Assembly: GCA_052390515.1 (NCBI GenBank)
Contig: JBQTGV010000072.1
Coordinates: 7,172 to 71,171, forward strand
Direction: 5' to 3'
Origin: Candidatus Eiseniibacteriota bacterium
GTDB taxonomy: Bacteria; ARS69
Length of the DNA: 64,000 bases
Numbering within the stretch: the stretch's first letter is position 1; each line of letters begins with the position of its first letter. Of the stretch, positions 1 to 10,003 are shown piece by piece. Made by a program: the position numbers and the translations under genes. A model generated the notes under the pieces. That model was not told the DNA's origin. It did no database searches and saw only the letters and a program-made list of their open reading frames with translations.

Positions 1-677
1 CGTTCCCGAAGCCCTGGATGGCCGCGGTCGTATTCCGGCAAGGCAGGTTCATCTCCCGCAGCGCCTCCCGGATGGTGAACACGGTTCCGTATCCCGTCGC
101 CTCGGCGCGCCCCAGCGAGCCGCCCATCCCCACCGGCTTCCCGGTGATGAACCCGGGGAACCTGCCGCCGTGGATCGCCTCGAACTCGTCCAGCATCCAC
201 AGCATGTGCTGCGCGGAAGTCATCACGTCGGGAGCGGGGACGTCCGTCGTCGGGCCGACGTCCCTCGCCACCTGTCGCACCCAGCCGCGGCAGATCTGTT
301 CCTGCTCCCGCGGACTCAGGCTGTGCGGATCGCAGATGACCCCGCCCTTCGCGCCGCCGAGCGGGATGTCCACGAGCGCGCACTTCCAGGTCATCCACAT
401 GGCCAGGGCCCGCACCGTGTCCAGGGTCTCGTTGGGGTGGAAGCGGATTCCTCCCTTGCAGGGACCTCTGGCGTCGTTGTGCTGGACGCGATACCCGCGG
501 AACACCTGCACGGTACCGTCGTCCATCCTCACCGGAATCGCGAAGGAGTACTCGCGCAGCGGCTCTCGCAGCAGCGCGCGGGTCGCCGCATCCAGGTCGA
601 GGATCTCCGCGGCGTGATCGAACTGCGCCTGTGCCATCTCGAACGAACTGAACGGTCTCTTCGCGATCTCGAGCATG
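1..677 (-). CDS. gdhA: Glutamate dehydrogenase (Glu/Leu/Phe/Val dehydrogenase family), 5'-partial at window edge
   Basis: My translation of the reverse strand gives MLEIAKRPFSSFEMAQAQFDHAAEILDLD...GYRVQHNDARGPCKGGIRFHP...DIPLGGAKGGV, including the catalytic GGAKGG Lys motif. ATG at 675-677; the ORF continues off the window, so it is absent from the ORF track. Confidence 0.8.
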
Positions 678-684
678 ATCCGCC

Positions 685-3006
685 TCACCGTGAGGGCGCC
701 ACCAACTCCCGAACGTCACCCGAGTCTACACCGGCGGGCTTCGCCGAGGCGGCCTCTCTCGCCTGAGCGTCCACCGCCGCGATCGCCGTCATGTTCACGA
801 TGTCCCGCACGGTCATGCCGTGCTGGAGCACGTGCACCGACTTGCGCATGCCCATCAGAATGGGCCCGATGGCCTCCGCCCCTCCCAGCCGCTGCAGCAG
901 CTTGTAGGCCGCGTTCGCGGACTGCAGGTCCGGGAAGATCAACACGTTAGCGCCTTCCTTGATCCGGCAGAAGGGGAAGTTCTCCTCCACCAGCTGCGGT
1001 GTCACCGCCGTGTCCGCCTGCATCTCCCCGTCGATCTCCAGGTGGGGAGCCCGGCGCCGGACGATCTCCACCGCCTCCTTCACCTTGTCGACCAGCGGGT
1101 GCCGGACGCTCCCGAAGTTGGAGAACGAGATCATCGCCACGCGCGGCGTGACATGGAAGCGACGGGCCACCTCCGCGCCCAGCTCGGCGATCTCGGCGAG
1201 CTGCTCCGCCGTCGGCTCGATGTTGACGGTCGTGTCCGCCAGGAAGTACAGGCGGTCCTTCAGGATGATCAGGAACATGCCGGACACTCGAGACACCCCC
1301 TCCCGCATCTCGATGATGGAGAGCGCCGGGCGCAACGTGTCCGGATAGTGCTGGCTGACCCCGGCCACGAGCGCGTCCGCGTCCCCACGACGCACCATCA
1401 TCGCCCCGTAGGCCGTGGGGTTCTTCAGCATCTGCCGCGCCTCCTGCAGAGTGACGCCCTTTCTCTGGCGCAGCTCGAACAGCTGCCGGACGTACTCGTC
1501 GATCTGGGGAGCGGTCGCGGGATCCACGATCTCAGCCCCGCGCAGATCGACCTCCAGCTCCCTCGCCATCGCCTCGATGGCCCGCTTGTCCCCCAGCAGC
1601 ACCGGGCGGGCGATGCCCTCGTCGAGGACGATCTGTGTCGCACGCAGGACCTTCTCGTGCGTCCCCTCCGGGAACACGACCTTTCGCGGCTGCCGCTTCG
1701 CCTGGTTGATGACGATGCGCAGGACCTCGCGGGACTTGCCCAGCCTGCTCTCCAGTTGATCCCGGTACTCGTCGAGGTCCACCGGAATGCGTGCCACGCC
1801 GGTCTTCATCGCCGCTTCGGCCACCGCCGACGCCTCCCACAGCAGCACGCGGTGATCGAAGGGCTTGGGAATCAGGTAATCCGGTCCGAAGCGGAGGCGC
1901 TTCAGGCCGTACGCGTTCGTCACCGACTCCGGAACGTCCTCCTTGGTCAGCGCGGCGAGCGCGCGGGTCGCGGCCAGCTTCATCTCCTCGTTGATCGTGC
2001 TGGCGCGCACGTCGAGCGCGCCGCGGAAGATGAACGGGAAGCCGAGCACGTTGTTCACCTGGTTCGGATAGTCGGACCGGCCGGTGGCGATGATCACGTC
2101 CTTCCGTGCCTTGGTGGCCTCCTCGTAGGTGATCTCCGGGTCGGGGTTGGCCATGGCGAAAACGATGGGGCGGTTCGCCATGCGACGGAGCATGTCTCCG
2201 GTCACACAGTCGGCCACCGACAGACCAACGAAGACGTCCGCGTCGGCCAAGGCCTCGGCGAGCGTCCGCGCCGGCGTGTCGGACGCCAGCTTCTCCTTGA
2301 ACGGGTTCATTCCGTCCTTGCGGCCGCGCCAGACGACACCCTTGGTGTCGCAGAGGATGAGGTTCTCGCGCTTCACGCCGAGGCTGACGTAGTAATTCGC
2401 GCAGGCGATACCGCTCGCGCCGGCCCCGTTGAAGACCACGCGTACTTCCTCGATCCGCTTGTTCACCACCTCCAGCGCGTTGAGCAAAGCGGCGCCGGAG
2501 ATGATCGCGGTGCCGTGCTGATCGTCGTGGAACACGGGGATGCCGAGTTCGCGCCGCAGCGTGTCCTCGATCAGGAAGCACTCCGGCGCCTTGATATCCT
2601 CGAGGTTGATGCCGCCGAAAGTCGGCTCCAGAAGCTTGACCACCCGGATGAACTCCTCCGGGTCCTCCGTCGCCACCTCGATGTCGAACACGTCGATATC
2701 GGCGAAGCGCTTGAACAGGACGCCCTTGCCCTCCATCACCGGCTTGCCGGCGAGCGCCCCGATGTTCCCGAGGCCGAGCACCGCGGTGCCGTTGGATATC
2801 ACCGCGACGAGGTTCCCCTTCGACGTGTACTCGTACGCGTCGGCCGGATCGTCCTGGATGCGCCGGCACGGCTCGGCCACGCCGGGTGTGTAGGCCAGCG
2901 CGAGGTCGCGCTGGGTGACGCAGGGCTTGCTCGGAACCACCTCCACCTTGCCGCGCGGGCGACGGGAGTGGTACTCGAGAGCCTCCTTCCTCAGGATCAT
3001 CGACAT
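685..3006 (-). CDS. maeB: NADP-dependent malic enzyme (malic enzyme + C-terminal phosphotransacetylase-like domain)
   Basis: Within ORF 685..3603 the conserved protein begins at [19 protein letters not shown] (ATG at 3004-3006). Malic-enzyme motifs ([15 protein letters not shown]) and a C-terminal PTA-like domain are present; the upstream 199 aa of the ORF are low-complexity R/P-rich translation artefact. Confidence 0.9.
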   Translation of the reverse strand: MSMILRKEALEYHSRRPRGKVEVVPSKPCVTQRDLALAYTPGVAEPCRRIQDDPADAYEYTSKGNLVAVISNGTAVLGLGNIGALAGKPVMEGKGVLFKRFADIDVFDIEVATEDPEEFIRVVKLLEPTFGGINLEDIKAPECFLIEDTLRRELGIPVFHDDQHGTAIISGAALLNALEVVNKRIEEVRVVFNGAGASGIACANYYVSLGVKRENLILCDTKGVVWRGRKDGMNPFKEKLASDTPARTLAEALADADVFVGLSVADCVTGDMLRRMANRPIVFAMANPDPEITYEEATKARKDVIIATGRSDYPNQVNNVLGFPFIFRGALDVRASTINEEMKLAATRALAALTKEDVPESVTNAYGLKRLRFGPDYLIPKPFDHRVLLWEASAVAEAAMKTGVARIPVDLDEYRDQLESRLGKSREVLRIVINQAKRQPRKVVFPEGTHEKVLRATQIVLDEGIARPVLLGDKRAIEAMARELEVDLRGAEIVDPATAPQIDEYVRQLFELRQRKGVTLQEARQMLKNPTAYGAMMVRRGDADALVAGVSQHYPDTLRPALSIIEMREGVSRVSGMFLIILKDRLYFLADTTVNIEPTAEQLAEIAELGAEVARRFHVTPRVAMISFSNFGSVRHPLVDKVKEAVEIVRRRAPHLEIDGEMQADTAVTPQLVEENFPFCRIKEGANVLIFPDLQSANAAYKLLQRLGGAEAIGPILMGMRKSVHVLQHGMTVRDIVNMTAIAAVDAQAREAASAKPAGVDSGDVRELVAPSR

Positions 3007-4376
3007 GATGCCCCCACCTCGACTTTCGGTGCGTGGAGCGCGACCTTCGCCGCCATCCACTCGGTAGTCACGGACTTCGGGCGCTCGATCGGAGCGCCGA
3101 CGGCGCGGTCGACGATCATCTGGGCGCACATGCCCAGGACGCGCGACACGGAGAAGAGTACGGTGTAGTAGGACAGCTCGCGCAGCCCGTAGTGGTACAG
3201 GAGCGCGCCGGACGCGGCGTCGACGTTGGGCCACGGGTTCTTCGCCCTGCCGTGCTCCCGGAGCACATCCGGCACGACGCGGAACACGCGGTCCACCGTC
3301 CGCATCACGGGGTCGTCGGGGAAGCGGTTCATTCCGAACTCGCGGAGCGCCGTGAAGCGCGGGTCGGTGATGCGCAGCACGGCGTGCCCGTAGCCGGGAA
3401 TGACGCGGCCGGACCGGAGCGTCTCCCAGGAGAACTCGCGGAGTTCCTTCTCGCTGGGCGTTCCGCCGAAGCGCTCTTGGACTTGCAGGATCCAGCCCAG
3501 GCACTCCTGGTTGGCCAGGCCGTGTAGCGGTCCGGAGAGGCCGTTCAGCCCCGCCGACACCGCGTAGTAGACGTCGGAGAGCGCCGACGCGACGAGATGG
3601 CACGCGTGCGCCGAGACGTTGCCGCCCTCGTGGTCGCTGTGCAGGACGAGGTAGAGACGCACACAGTCCGCGAACTCGCCGTCCGGATCGTCGATCCCCA
3701 GCATCCGCGCGTAGCTCGTGGCCCAGTCAGCATCCTGGGGCGGGACGAGCCGCGGCCCCTTGTCGAAGCGCATGCGGTAGATGCCCGCGGCGATCGCCGG
3801 GAGCTTGGCGATGAGGTCCAGCGCGTCTTCCAGAGTCGGAACCCACCAGGTCTCCCGATCCGAACCCTCGGTGTACGCCGCGCGGAACTTCGACTCGTTC
3901 TCCATGACGAGGATCGCGGTATCGAGCATGCACATGGGGTGGGACGTCTTCGGCATCGCCTCCAGGACCTTCCACACGTAGGCGGGCACGTCCGCACGCC
4001 GGGCGAGGTCCTCGCGCAGCCCCGCGAGCGCGTCACGGTCCGGGAGCTCACCGGTGCACAGCAGGTAGAACAGCTCCTCCGGCGTTTTCCCGGCCAGCTC
4101 GGCGATCGATCTCCCCCGGATGAGCAAACCTCGATCGGGGGGCACTTCCGACGTGTCGCAGACCATGCAGCGAATGCCGCGCATGCCCCCGTACACCTGC
4201 TTCAATGTCACCTGATCCACCTGCTGGTCGGCGTGCTCGGCGACCAGGCGCTGGATCTCGCGCCGCCACTCGGGGATCTTGCGATCCAAGGCGGCCCGCA
4301 ATCGCGCCATGACGGGCCTCCTCTCTCGGACGAACGAACCTATTCCGGGAGCCGGCTCGGGGGTATGCGGACTCAT
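2997..4376 (-). CDS. gltA: Citrate synthase
   Basis: 459-aa ORF with the citrate synthase signature GYGHAVLRITDPRF and HSDHEGGNVS. Overlaps the maeB start by 10 nt. The start may instead be the internal MARLRA (4310). Confidence 0.85.
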   Translation of the reverse strand: MSPHTPEPAPGIGSFVRERRPVMARLRAALDRKIPEWRREIQRLVAEHADQQVDQVTLKQVYGGMRGIRCMVCDTSEVPPDRGLLIRGRSIAELAGKTPEELFYLLCTGELPDRDALAGLREDLARRADVPAYVWKVLEAMPKTSHPMCMLDTAILVMENESKFRAAYTEGSDRETWWVPTLEDALDLIAKLPAIAAGIYRMRFDKGPRLVPPQDADWATSYARMLGIDDPDGEFADCVRLYLVLHSDHEGGNVSAHACHLVASALSDVYYAVSAGLNGLSGPLHGLANQECLGWILQVQERFGGTPSEKELREFSWETLRSGRVIPGYGHAVLRITDPRFTALREFGMNRFPDDPVMRTVDRVFRVVPDVLREHGRAKNPWPNVDAASGALLYHYGLRELSYYTVLFSVSRVLGMCAQMIVDRAVGAPIERPKSVTTEWMAAKVALHAPKVEVGASCR

Positions 4377-4395
4377 GACGCGGATCAGGAGCGCA

Positions 4396-4444
4396 CGTGA
4401 TGTCGGTCAAAGAGCGCAGGTGACGTCGGTCGCGTGACGTCGGT
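4396..4444. repeat. Three direct copies of 12-mer GTGAyGTCGGTC in gltA upstream / korB downstream spacer
   Basis: gtgatgtcggtc at 4396-4407, gtgacgtcggtc at 4419-4430 and 4433-4444. On the gltA (minus) strand the copies read GACCGACGTCAC, two of them preceded by TT to give TTGACC -35-like hexamers. Confidence 0.6.
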
Positions 4445-4489
4445 CAACGCGGGCTCGGCCGTCGCCGGGCCGGCGGCCGCTCGGCTCGG

Positions 4490-5941
4490 TCAGCCGTCGA
4501 GCCGGGCGATCCCCTCGCGCACCGACTTCGCGCCCCAGCGGAACGCTTCCTCGTTCAGGGGGATCATCGCGCACTTGTCGCGGAGGTTCTCGCGGATGGC
4601 CGCCTCCAGGGACTCCGGGGCGAGCAGCCTGGTCGCCTCCTGCATCGCACCGAGCGCGACGACGTTCTTCACGACGGATTTCCCCAGATGGAGCGCGATC
4701 TCCGCGAACGGGACGGGGATGGCGCGGACACCGGGGCGAAGGTCGGGCACGTCGGAGATTACGCCGGAGTCGTACACGACGACACCGTTCCCGACGACGG
4801 CCGGCCCGAACTTGGCGAGGCTCGGCGCATTGAAGGCGACGAGGACGTTCGGCTCCGGAGACGCCGGCGAGAGCACTTCGTCCCTCGCGACGTGGACGTC
4901 GGCGTAGGACGTGCCACCGCGGGACTCGGGCCCGTAGCTGGGGATGTGCGTCGCGTCGAAGCCTTCGTGGATGGCCGCCTTGGTGAGCAGCATGGCGGCG
5001 GTCTGCGCCCCGTCACCTCCCGCGCCGGCGAACTTGACGGAGACGTCACGGGCGTCGAGATGCTCCGGGAAGCGCTCGCAGAAGCGGGGCGGCGCTTCGC
5101 GGTCCAGCCCCAGCAGCTCGGCCATGCGGTCCGCGGCGAAGCTCGGGCTCTTCCATTCCGGCCACGGCTCGCGAGCTTCGTCCTTCAGGATCCCGAGGGG
5201 GAACACCGGGACCATCTTGTCGCGCACCCAGGCCTCCGACTCCGACGGGGTCATCTTGAGATGAGTCGGACACTCCGCGAGCACCTCGACGAAACCGAAG
5301 CCGCGTCGCTCGATCTGCAACGTCAGGATCTTCTCGACCGCCTTCTTCGTGCGGCGCCGGCTCTTCTGATCGAAGAGCGCCGTCCGCTCCACGTAGATCG
5401 GTCCGTCCAGCCCGGCGATCATCTCCGCCACCTTGAGCGGCGCGCCCTGGAAGAGCCCACGCCCCTCCGGCGTGGTCGTCGACACCTGCCCGAGCAGGGT
5501 GGTGGGCGCCATCTGTCCGCCGGTCATGCCGTAGATGGCGTTGTTCACGAAGACGACACTCAGGGGGATGCCCAGCTGCGCCGCGTGCAAGATCTCGGCG
5601 AGGCCGATCGACGCCAGATCCCCGTCTCCCTGGTAGCTGACGACGACGGCCTCGGGGTTGGCCAGCTTGTGGCCGAGCGCCACCGCCGGCGCGCGGCCGT
5701 GCGGCGCCTGCGAGTTGCCGACGTCGAAGTAGTAGTAGAGGAACACGGCGCAGCCCACGGGCGAGATGGCCACGGTGCGGTCCTGGATGCCGAGATCCGC
5801 CATGCACTCCGCCAGGTACTTGTGGATCAGGCCGTGGCCGCATCCCGGGCAGTAGTGCGTGGATGCGCCCTTGAGCCCCTTGCCGTGCGCGTGGCGGTCG
5901 AAGTGGTGGAAGAACGCCGTTCCGTGTCCGTTGCCGCTCAT
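4490..5941 (-). CDS. korB: 2-oxoglutarate/2-oxoacid:ferredoxin oxidoreductase beta subunit fused to gamma domain (TPP-binding)
   Basis: 483 aa. Contains GDGD...N TPP-binding region (SYQGDGDLASIG, VFVNNAIYGMTGGQ) and a C-terminal OFOR gamma-like domain (SYGPESRGGTSYADV). Confidence 0.9.
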   Translation of the reverse strand: MSGNGHGTAFFHHFDRHAHGKGLKGASTHYCPGCGHGLIHKYLAECMADLGIQDRTVAISPVGCAVFLYYYFDVGNSQAPHGRAPAVALGHKLANPEAVVVSYQGDGDLASIGLAEILHAAQLGIPLSVVFVNNAIYGMTGGQMAPTTLLGQVSTTTPEGRGLFQGAPLKVAEMIAGLDGPIYVERTALFDQKSRRRTKKAVEKILTLQIERRGFGFVEVLAECPTHLKMTPSESEAWVRDKMVPVFPLGILKDEAREPWPEWKSPSFAADRMAELLGLDREAPPRFCERFPEHLDARDVSVKFAGAGGDGAQTAAMLLTKAAIHEGFDATHIPSYGPESRGGTSYADVHVARDEVLSPASPEPNVLVAFNAPSLAKFGPAVVGNGVVVYDSGVISDVPDLRPGVRAIPVPFAEIALHLGKSVVKNVVALGAMQEATRLLAPESLEAAIRENLRDKCAMIPLNEEAFRWGAKSVREGIARLDG

Positions 5942-7323
5942 GCCCGGACCTCCTCCAGGCGGCGCACGGCCGCGGCGATCTCCTGCACCTGCGGCAGCAT
6001 GCCCCCCATGCGCCGCACCGAGTGCAGGCGCGGAGTCGGCGCGACGCTACGTGACAGCGCGAGCCGAACCTCGTCCTCGAGCTGTCCGGCGCTCGCCTCG
6101 ACGATCACGAGGTCACCGACGCGGGAGAGCAGCGGCTCGAGCAGCCGGATCGGGAAGGGCCAGAGCGTGACCGGGTGGAAGAGCCCGACCAGCCTGCCCT
6201 CGCGGCGGAGCGTCTCCACCGCCCCCTTGGCCATGCGCGCGGGAGTGTTGCAGGCCACGACCAAGATCCGCGCGTCGTCGGTGCGGAACAGGTTCGCCCG
6301 CTGCTCGCGGGCGGCCATGAGCTCGTACTTGGCTTCGAGCCGCTGGTTGTGCTCCTCGAGCTCCGTTTCTGCCAGGTAGATCGAGTTGATCAGGTTGTGC
6401 CGGTGACCGGCATCGCCCCAGACCGCCCACGCCGGGAGCCCGGGCCGGATCATGCGGTCGGGAAGACGCACCTTCCCCGTCATCTGCCCGAGGTAGCCGT
6501 CCGCCACCACCACGACCGGGTTGCGGTACTCGAAAGCGATGCGGAACGCGTCCCTGGTGAGGTCCAGCATCTCCTGCGGCGTCGCCGGAGCGAGCACGAC
6601 CGCGTGCGTGTTCCCGTGACCCAGCCCGCGGCAGGCCAGCTTGATGTCGCCTTGCTCGGGACCGATGTTGCCGAGCCCGGGGCCGCCGCGCATCACGTCG
6701 ACGAACACGGCCGGCACTTCCGCGCCGATCATGTAAGAGATGCCCTCGAGCATGAGGCTGAAGCCGGGCGAACTGGTGAACGTCATGCAGGGCAGCCCGG
6801 CGCCGCCGCAGCCGTACATGTGGTTCACCGTCGCGACCTCGCTGACCGCCTGCAGGAACACGCCGTCCAGCTTGGGGAGAACCGACGCCAGCAGCTCCGC
6901 CCCCTCGGTCGACGGAGTGATGGGGTAGCCGAACACGTGGCGGCACCCGGCGAGCAGCGCACCCACGGCTGCTGCGTGATTCCCCTTCATCACCAGGGGC
7001 TCGCTGCGCGGCAGCGCAATCTCCGTCGGCGGGACGGCCGCAGCCGGCGCCGACACCTTCGCGCGGCCACCGAACAGGTGGCGCGGGTCCTCGAGCTCGT
7101 AGTCGTCCACGGAGAGACCGTACGGCTCGGGGCAGGCCGAGAGGCACACGCCGCAGGCGTTGCACACTTCGAAGTCGATGACGACCGGAACGAGCCCCGA
7201 TTCCTGGTTGATCTCGCGGCCCATCGAGATGCAGTGGCGCGGACACGCCTCGATGCAACGTCCGCAACCTTTGCAGAGAGCGGGCAGGACTACGGGTTTC
7301 GGGCGCTCGACGGCTGGGCACAC
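5938..7323 (-). CDS. korA: 2-oxoacid:ferredoxin oxidoreductase alpha subunit with N-terminal 2x[4Fe-4S] ferredoxin (delta) domain
   Basis: N-terminal CKGCGRCIEACP and CNACGVCLSACP ferredoxin motifs, then the OFOR alpha domain. ATGA overlap with korB indicates translational coupling. Confidence 0.9.
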   Translation of the reverse strand: MCPAVERPKPVVLPALCKGCGRCIEACPRHCISMGREINQESGLVPVVIDFEVCNACGVCLSACPEPYGLSVDDYELEDPRHLFGGRAKVSAPAAAVPPTEIALPRSEPLVMKGNHAAAVGALLAGCRHVFGYPITPSTEGAELLASVLPKLDGVFLQAVSEVATVNHMYGCGGAGLPCMTFTSSPGFSLMLEGISYMIGAEVPAVFVDVMRGGPGLGNIGPEQGDIKLACRGLGHGNTHAVVLAPATPQEMLDLTRDAFRIAFEYRNPVVVVADGYLGQMTGKVRLPDRMIRPGLPAWAVWGDAGHRHNLINSIYLAETELEEHNQRLEAKYELMAAREQRANLFRTDDARILVVACNTPARMAKGAVETLRREGRLVGLFHPVTLWPFPIRLLEPLLSRVGDLVIVEASAGQLEDEVRLALSRSVAPTPRLHSVRRMGGMLPQVQEIAAAVRRLEEVRA

Positions 7324-7502
7324 GGCAGTGCTCGCCCCTTCCGTTCCACGATACGCCGCGCGACCATCGGGTCAAGCCGCCACGGCCGGATCCTGATCAC
7401 CGAAGCACGGTGGCGGGGCGTGGCTCCGCCAGCCGGTGTACGATGGCGGCCGAGCGCCAGGGCGGCCCCCGCCGTCACCACTCTCGAGCAGAGGATTCCC
7501 GT

Positions 7503-8402
7503 TTGAACGCGACGATCGTCTCCGGGGCGAACTCGCGCTACTTCTCCCTGCTCTCGGATCTCGTTCGCTCGATCCGCGACCGGGAGGAGTCCCGCGGGGT
7601 CGCGCTCTCCATCCTCGATCTCGGCCTGGAGGAGCCGGAGCGGCTCTGGCTCGAAGGCTGCGGGGCCAAGGTCGTCCGACCCGGCTGGGATCTGGAAATC
7701 CCCGAGAGCCGCCGGCCGCCCGAGCACGTCAAGGGACTGACCGCGCGGCCGTTCCTGCGCGACCACTTCCCGGGCCACGACATCTACGTGTGGCTCGACT
7801 CCGACACCTGGGTGCAGGAGTGGGCGGCGGTCGAGCTGCTGATGCGCGCAGCCGATTCGGGAGCGCTCGGGGTCGTGGCCGAGACGGACCGTGCGTATCC
7901 CACCGTGGACGAGCAGCTGCGCATCGACCGTGTGCTGGGGATCCCGTACCGCGTCTCGTCGTACAACTACCGGAAGTTCCGGGACGCCTACGGGGACGAG
8001 GTGGCGCTCCGGCTCGCGCAGCAGCCGATCGTCAACGCCGGCGTCTTCGCCCTGCGACGCGACGCGCCGCACTGGAGCATCTGGGGCGAGTGCTACCAGC
8101 GCACCCTGGATCGCTCCCGCCGCGACGGCGCCGATCAGGTGTCGCTGAACCGGGTCTGCCGCGCGGGCCACCTGTCCGTCGAGCTGCTCCCGGCGACGTG
8201 CAACTGGATCACGTCCAAGGCTCTCCCGCGATGGGATCCCGTCTCCGGACGGCTCGTCGAGCCGTACCTTCCGCACGCGCCGATCGGCATCTTGCATCTC
8301 ACCGGTGCGGCCAAGGACGCCGAGCTCGACCTCTCGTCACTGGACGGCGGCCTCATCAGGCGCACGCTGCGCTACGCCGGTGCGGAACGTCAGAACGACT
8401 GA
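7503..8402 (+). CDS. Putative GT-A fold glycosyltransferase / nucleotide-diphospho-sugar transferase (DxD motif)
   Basis: ORF 7410..8402. The conserved part starts at an in-frame TTG at 7503 (MNATIVSGANSRYF) with GAGGA 10 nt upstream. DXD-like motif VWLDSDTWV. Transcribed divergently from korA. Confidence 0.55.
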   Translation: MNATIVSGANSRYFSLLSDLVRSIRDREESRGVALSILDLGLEEPERLWLEGCGAKVVRPGWDLEIPESRRPPEHVKGLTARPFLRDHFPGHDIYVWLDSDTWVQEWAAVELLMRAADSGALGVVAETDRAYPTVDEQLRIDRVLGIPYRVSSYNYRKFRDAYGDEVALRLAQQPIVNAGVFALRRDAPHWSIWGECYQRTLDRSRRDGADQVSLNRVCRAGHLSVELLPATCNWITSKALPRWDPVSGRLVEPYLPHAPIGILHLTGAAKDAELDLSSLDGGLIRRTLRYAGAERQND

Positions 8403-10003
8403 TCAGCGATCCGCGCGGCGTTGGCCATCAACGTCAACGTGAGGTTCTTCGCGGGCAGGAACGGGAACGTCGATCCGTCCACGATCCAGAGGTTCTCGAA
8501 GTCACGGCTCCGCCCCTCCGGCGTCGTCGTCAGAGGGCGCTCCTCGCGCGTCATCGGTAGCGTCCCGGCGTAGTGCACACTCGCTCCCATGGGCCGCACG
8601 TGGGACATGCCGGGCGGGACGACGCAGCCGAGCTTCCGGAGCGCACCACGGAACCGCCGCAGCGTGCTGCTGATCCGCGCCCGCTCGCCGGGAGGAGGCT
8701 CGTAGTGCACGCGGAGCGGCGGGGCCTCGCTCTCCGGCCCTCCCGTGTCCCGTGCGTCGAGCGTGAGGAAGCAGTCGTCCCGCCGCCGATCCCAGAAGTT
8801 CACGTTCACGAGGCCAAGCGCGGCGTGCACGTTGCGGAACACGTGCAGCGCGGTGCGCAGGTCGAAGGGCACGCTCTGCACGATGGGGTGGATCTGTGCG
8901 GTCTTCAAAGTCGTCACGATCCCGTGGACGTACTCGCGCGGATCGTCGGCGGTCATTCCGATGAGCAGCTGGTGGTACTGGTACGTGCGCGGATCGTGCG
9001 GGCGGCGGATCATCCCCAGATTCAGGAAGGGCATCAGCACCTGGCGGTTGTCCATGAGGCCGGTCAGGCGGATCACCTCTCCCCGTTCGCGGCGCCACGA
9101 CTCCAGAAAGATCCGGCTCGACGCCAGCGTCCCCGCACCGAGAACGAGGGCGTCGGCCGGGATCTCCTCGACGCCCGTTCCGTCCACTCGCGCGGCGATC
9201 ACCGACGTGACCCGTCCCGCGTGCGTGCGGAAGCGGAGCACGTGCAGGCCCGGCCGGTAGCGGAAGCGCGGCTCCCGGAGACACTCGCCGAGCGTGGCCA
9301 GCGGCGTGTACAGCGAGTCGATCGGACAGCCCATGAGGCAGCGGCCGAGGTAGTCGCAGGCGGGGCGGCCGTGCAGCTCCCGGGTGAGCGTGGCCACGCG
9401 GGAGCGGCCGACGACGAACCCTCGGCCGCGGACCGCGCTCCGCTTCGCCGCGTACCGCTCGAGCAGGACGCGGGAGTGCTCGTCCATGGTGAGCGCGGGC
9501 TGCAACGACTTCGGCGCGGGCATGTGCTCGGTGATGTCGTCCACCGCCCCGGAGACCCCGATGCGCTCGGCGACGAGCTCATAGTACGGCGCCAGGTCGT
9601 CGTACGTGAACGGGAAGTCGGCGAGCTCGCCCGCGTTGAATGGGAAGACGCCCGCGGTCCACGCCTCCGCCAGTCCCCCGCGGGCGAAGGAAACGAGCGG
9701 CGAGAATCCGGTGGCGCGCACATCGAAGGCGTCTACCCCTTCGAAGACGTAGCTCTTGTTCGGCGGAAACCCGTAGTACTCGCTCTCGGCGCCCGGATAG
9801 ATCACCGACTCGAAGCGTGATCCCAGGAAGTGCGCGACGGGATCCTCCAGGTTCTTCTTCAAGTCCTCGAAGCCGTCCCCGGGCCGCACGGGCTGGGGCC
9901 GCTCGCGGCCGACGTCGAGCAGTACGACCTCGTGTCCGCGGGAGAGCGCGGACCTGGCGAAGTGGACCGCGCTCGCTCCGGAGCCGACGACGACGATGTT
10001 CAT
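8390..10003 (-). CDS. GMC-family FAD-dependent oxidoreductase
   Basis: Within ORF 8390..10780 the real start is MNIVVVGSGASAVHFARS (Rossmann GxGxxG), ATG at 10001-10003. The C-terminal GMC region (HYAGTLPM...) is present; the upstream 259 aa are R/P-rich artefact. ATGA overlap with the upstream SDR gene. Confidence 0.85.
   Translation of the reverse strand: MNIVVVGSGASAVHFARSALSRGHEVVLLDVGRERPQPVRPGDGFEDLKKNLEDPVAHFLGSRFESVIYPGAESEYYGFPPNKSYVFEGVDAFDVRATGFSPLVSFARGGLAEAWTAGVFPFNAGELADFPFTYDDLAPYYELVAERIGVSGAVDDITEHMPAPKSLQPALTMDEHSRVLLERYAAKRSAVRGRGFVVGRSRVATLTRELHGRPACDYLGRCLMGCPIDSLYTPLATLGECLREPRFRYRPGLHVLRFRTHAGRVTSVIAARVDGTGVEEIPADALVLGAGTLASSRIFLESWRRERGEVIRLTGLMDNRQVLMPFLNLGMIRRPHDPRTYQYHQLLIGMTADDPREYVHGIVTTLKTAQIHPIVQSVPFDLRTALHVFRNVHAALGLVNVNFWDRRRDDCFLTLDARDTGGPESEAPPLRVHYEPPPGERARISSTLRRFRGALRKLGCVVPPGMSHVRPMGASVHYAGTLPMTREERPLTTTPEGRSRDFENLWIVDGSTFPFLPAKNLTLTLMANAARIADQSF

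Noticed and set aside
18-766. Forward-strand ORFs 18..617 and 170..766 at the window start
   Set aside because: The reverse strand here encodes a clean glutamate dehydrogenase N-terminus (GGAKGG motif) ending at 677; the forward ORFs have no protein-like features.
820-3168. 782-aa + strand ORF, and similar long ORFs antisense to conserved genes (e.g. 15907..17298 -, 21805..23925 -, 25121..27046 -, 33389..36751 -, 46765..49872 -, 61086..63194 -, 30606..32720 -)
   Set aside because: They lie opposite genes with unambiguous conserved-domain translations. Their products are R/G/P/A-rich low-complexity sequence with no motifs, the expected artefact of ~70% GC DNA with few stop codons.
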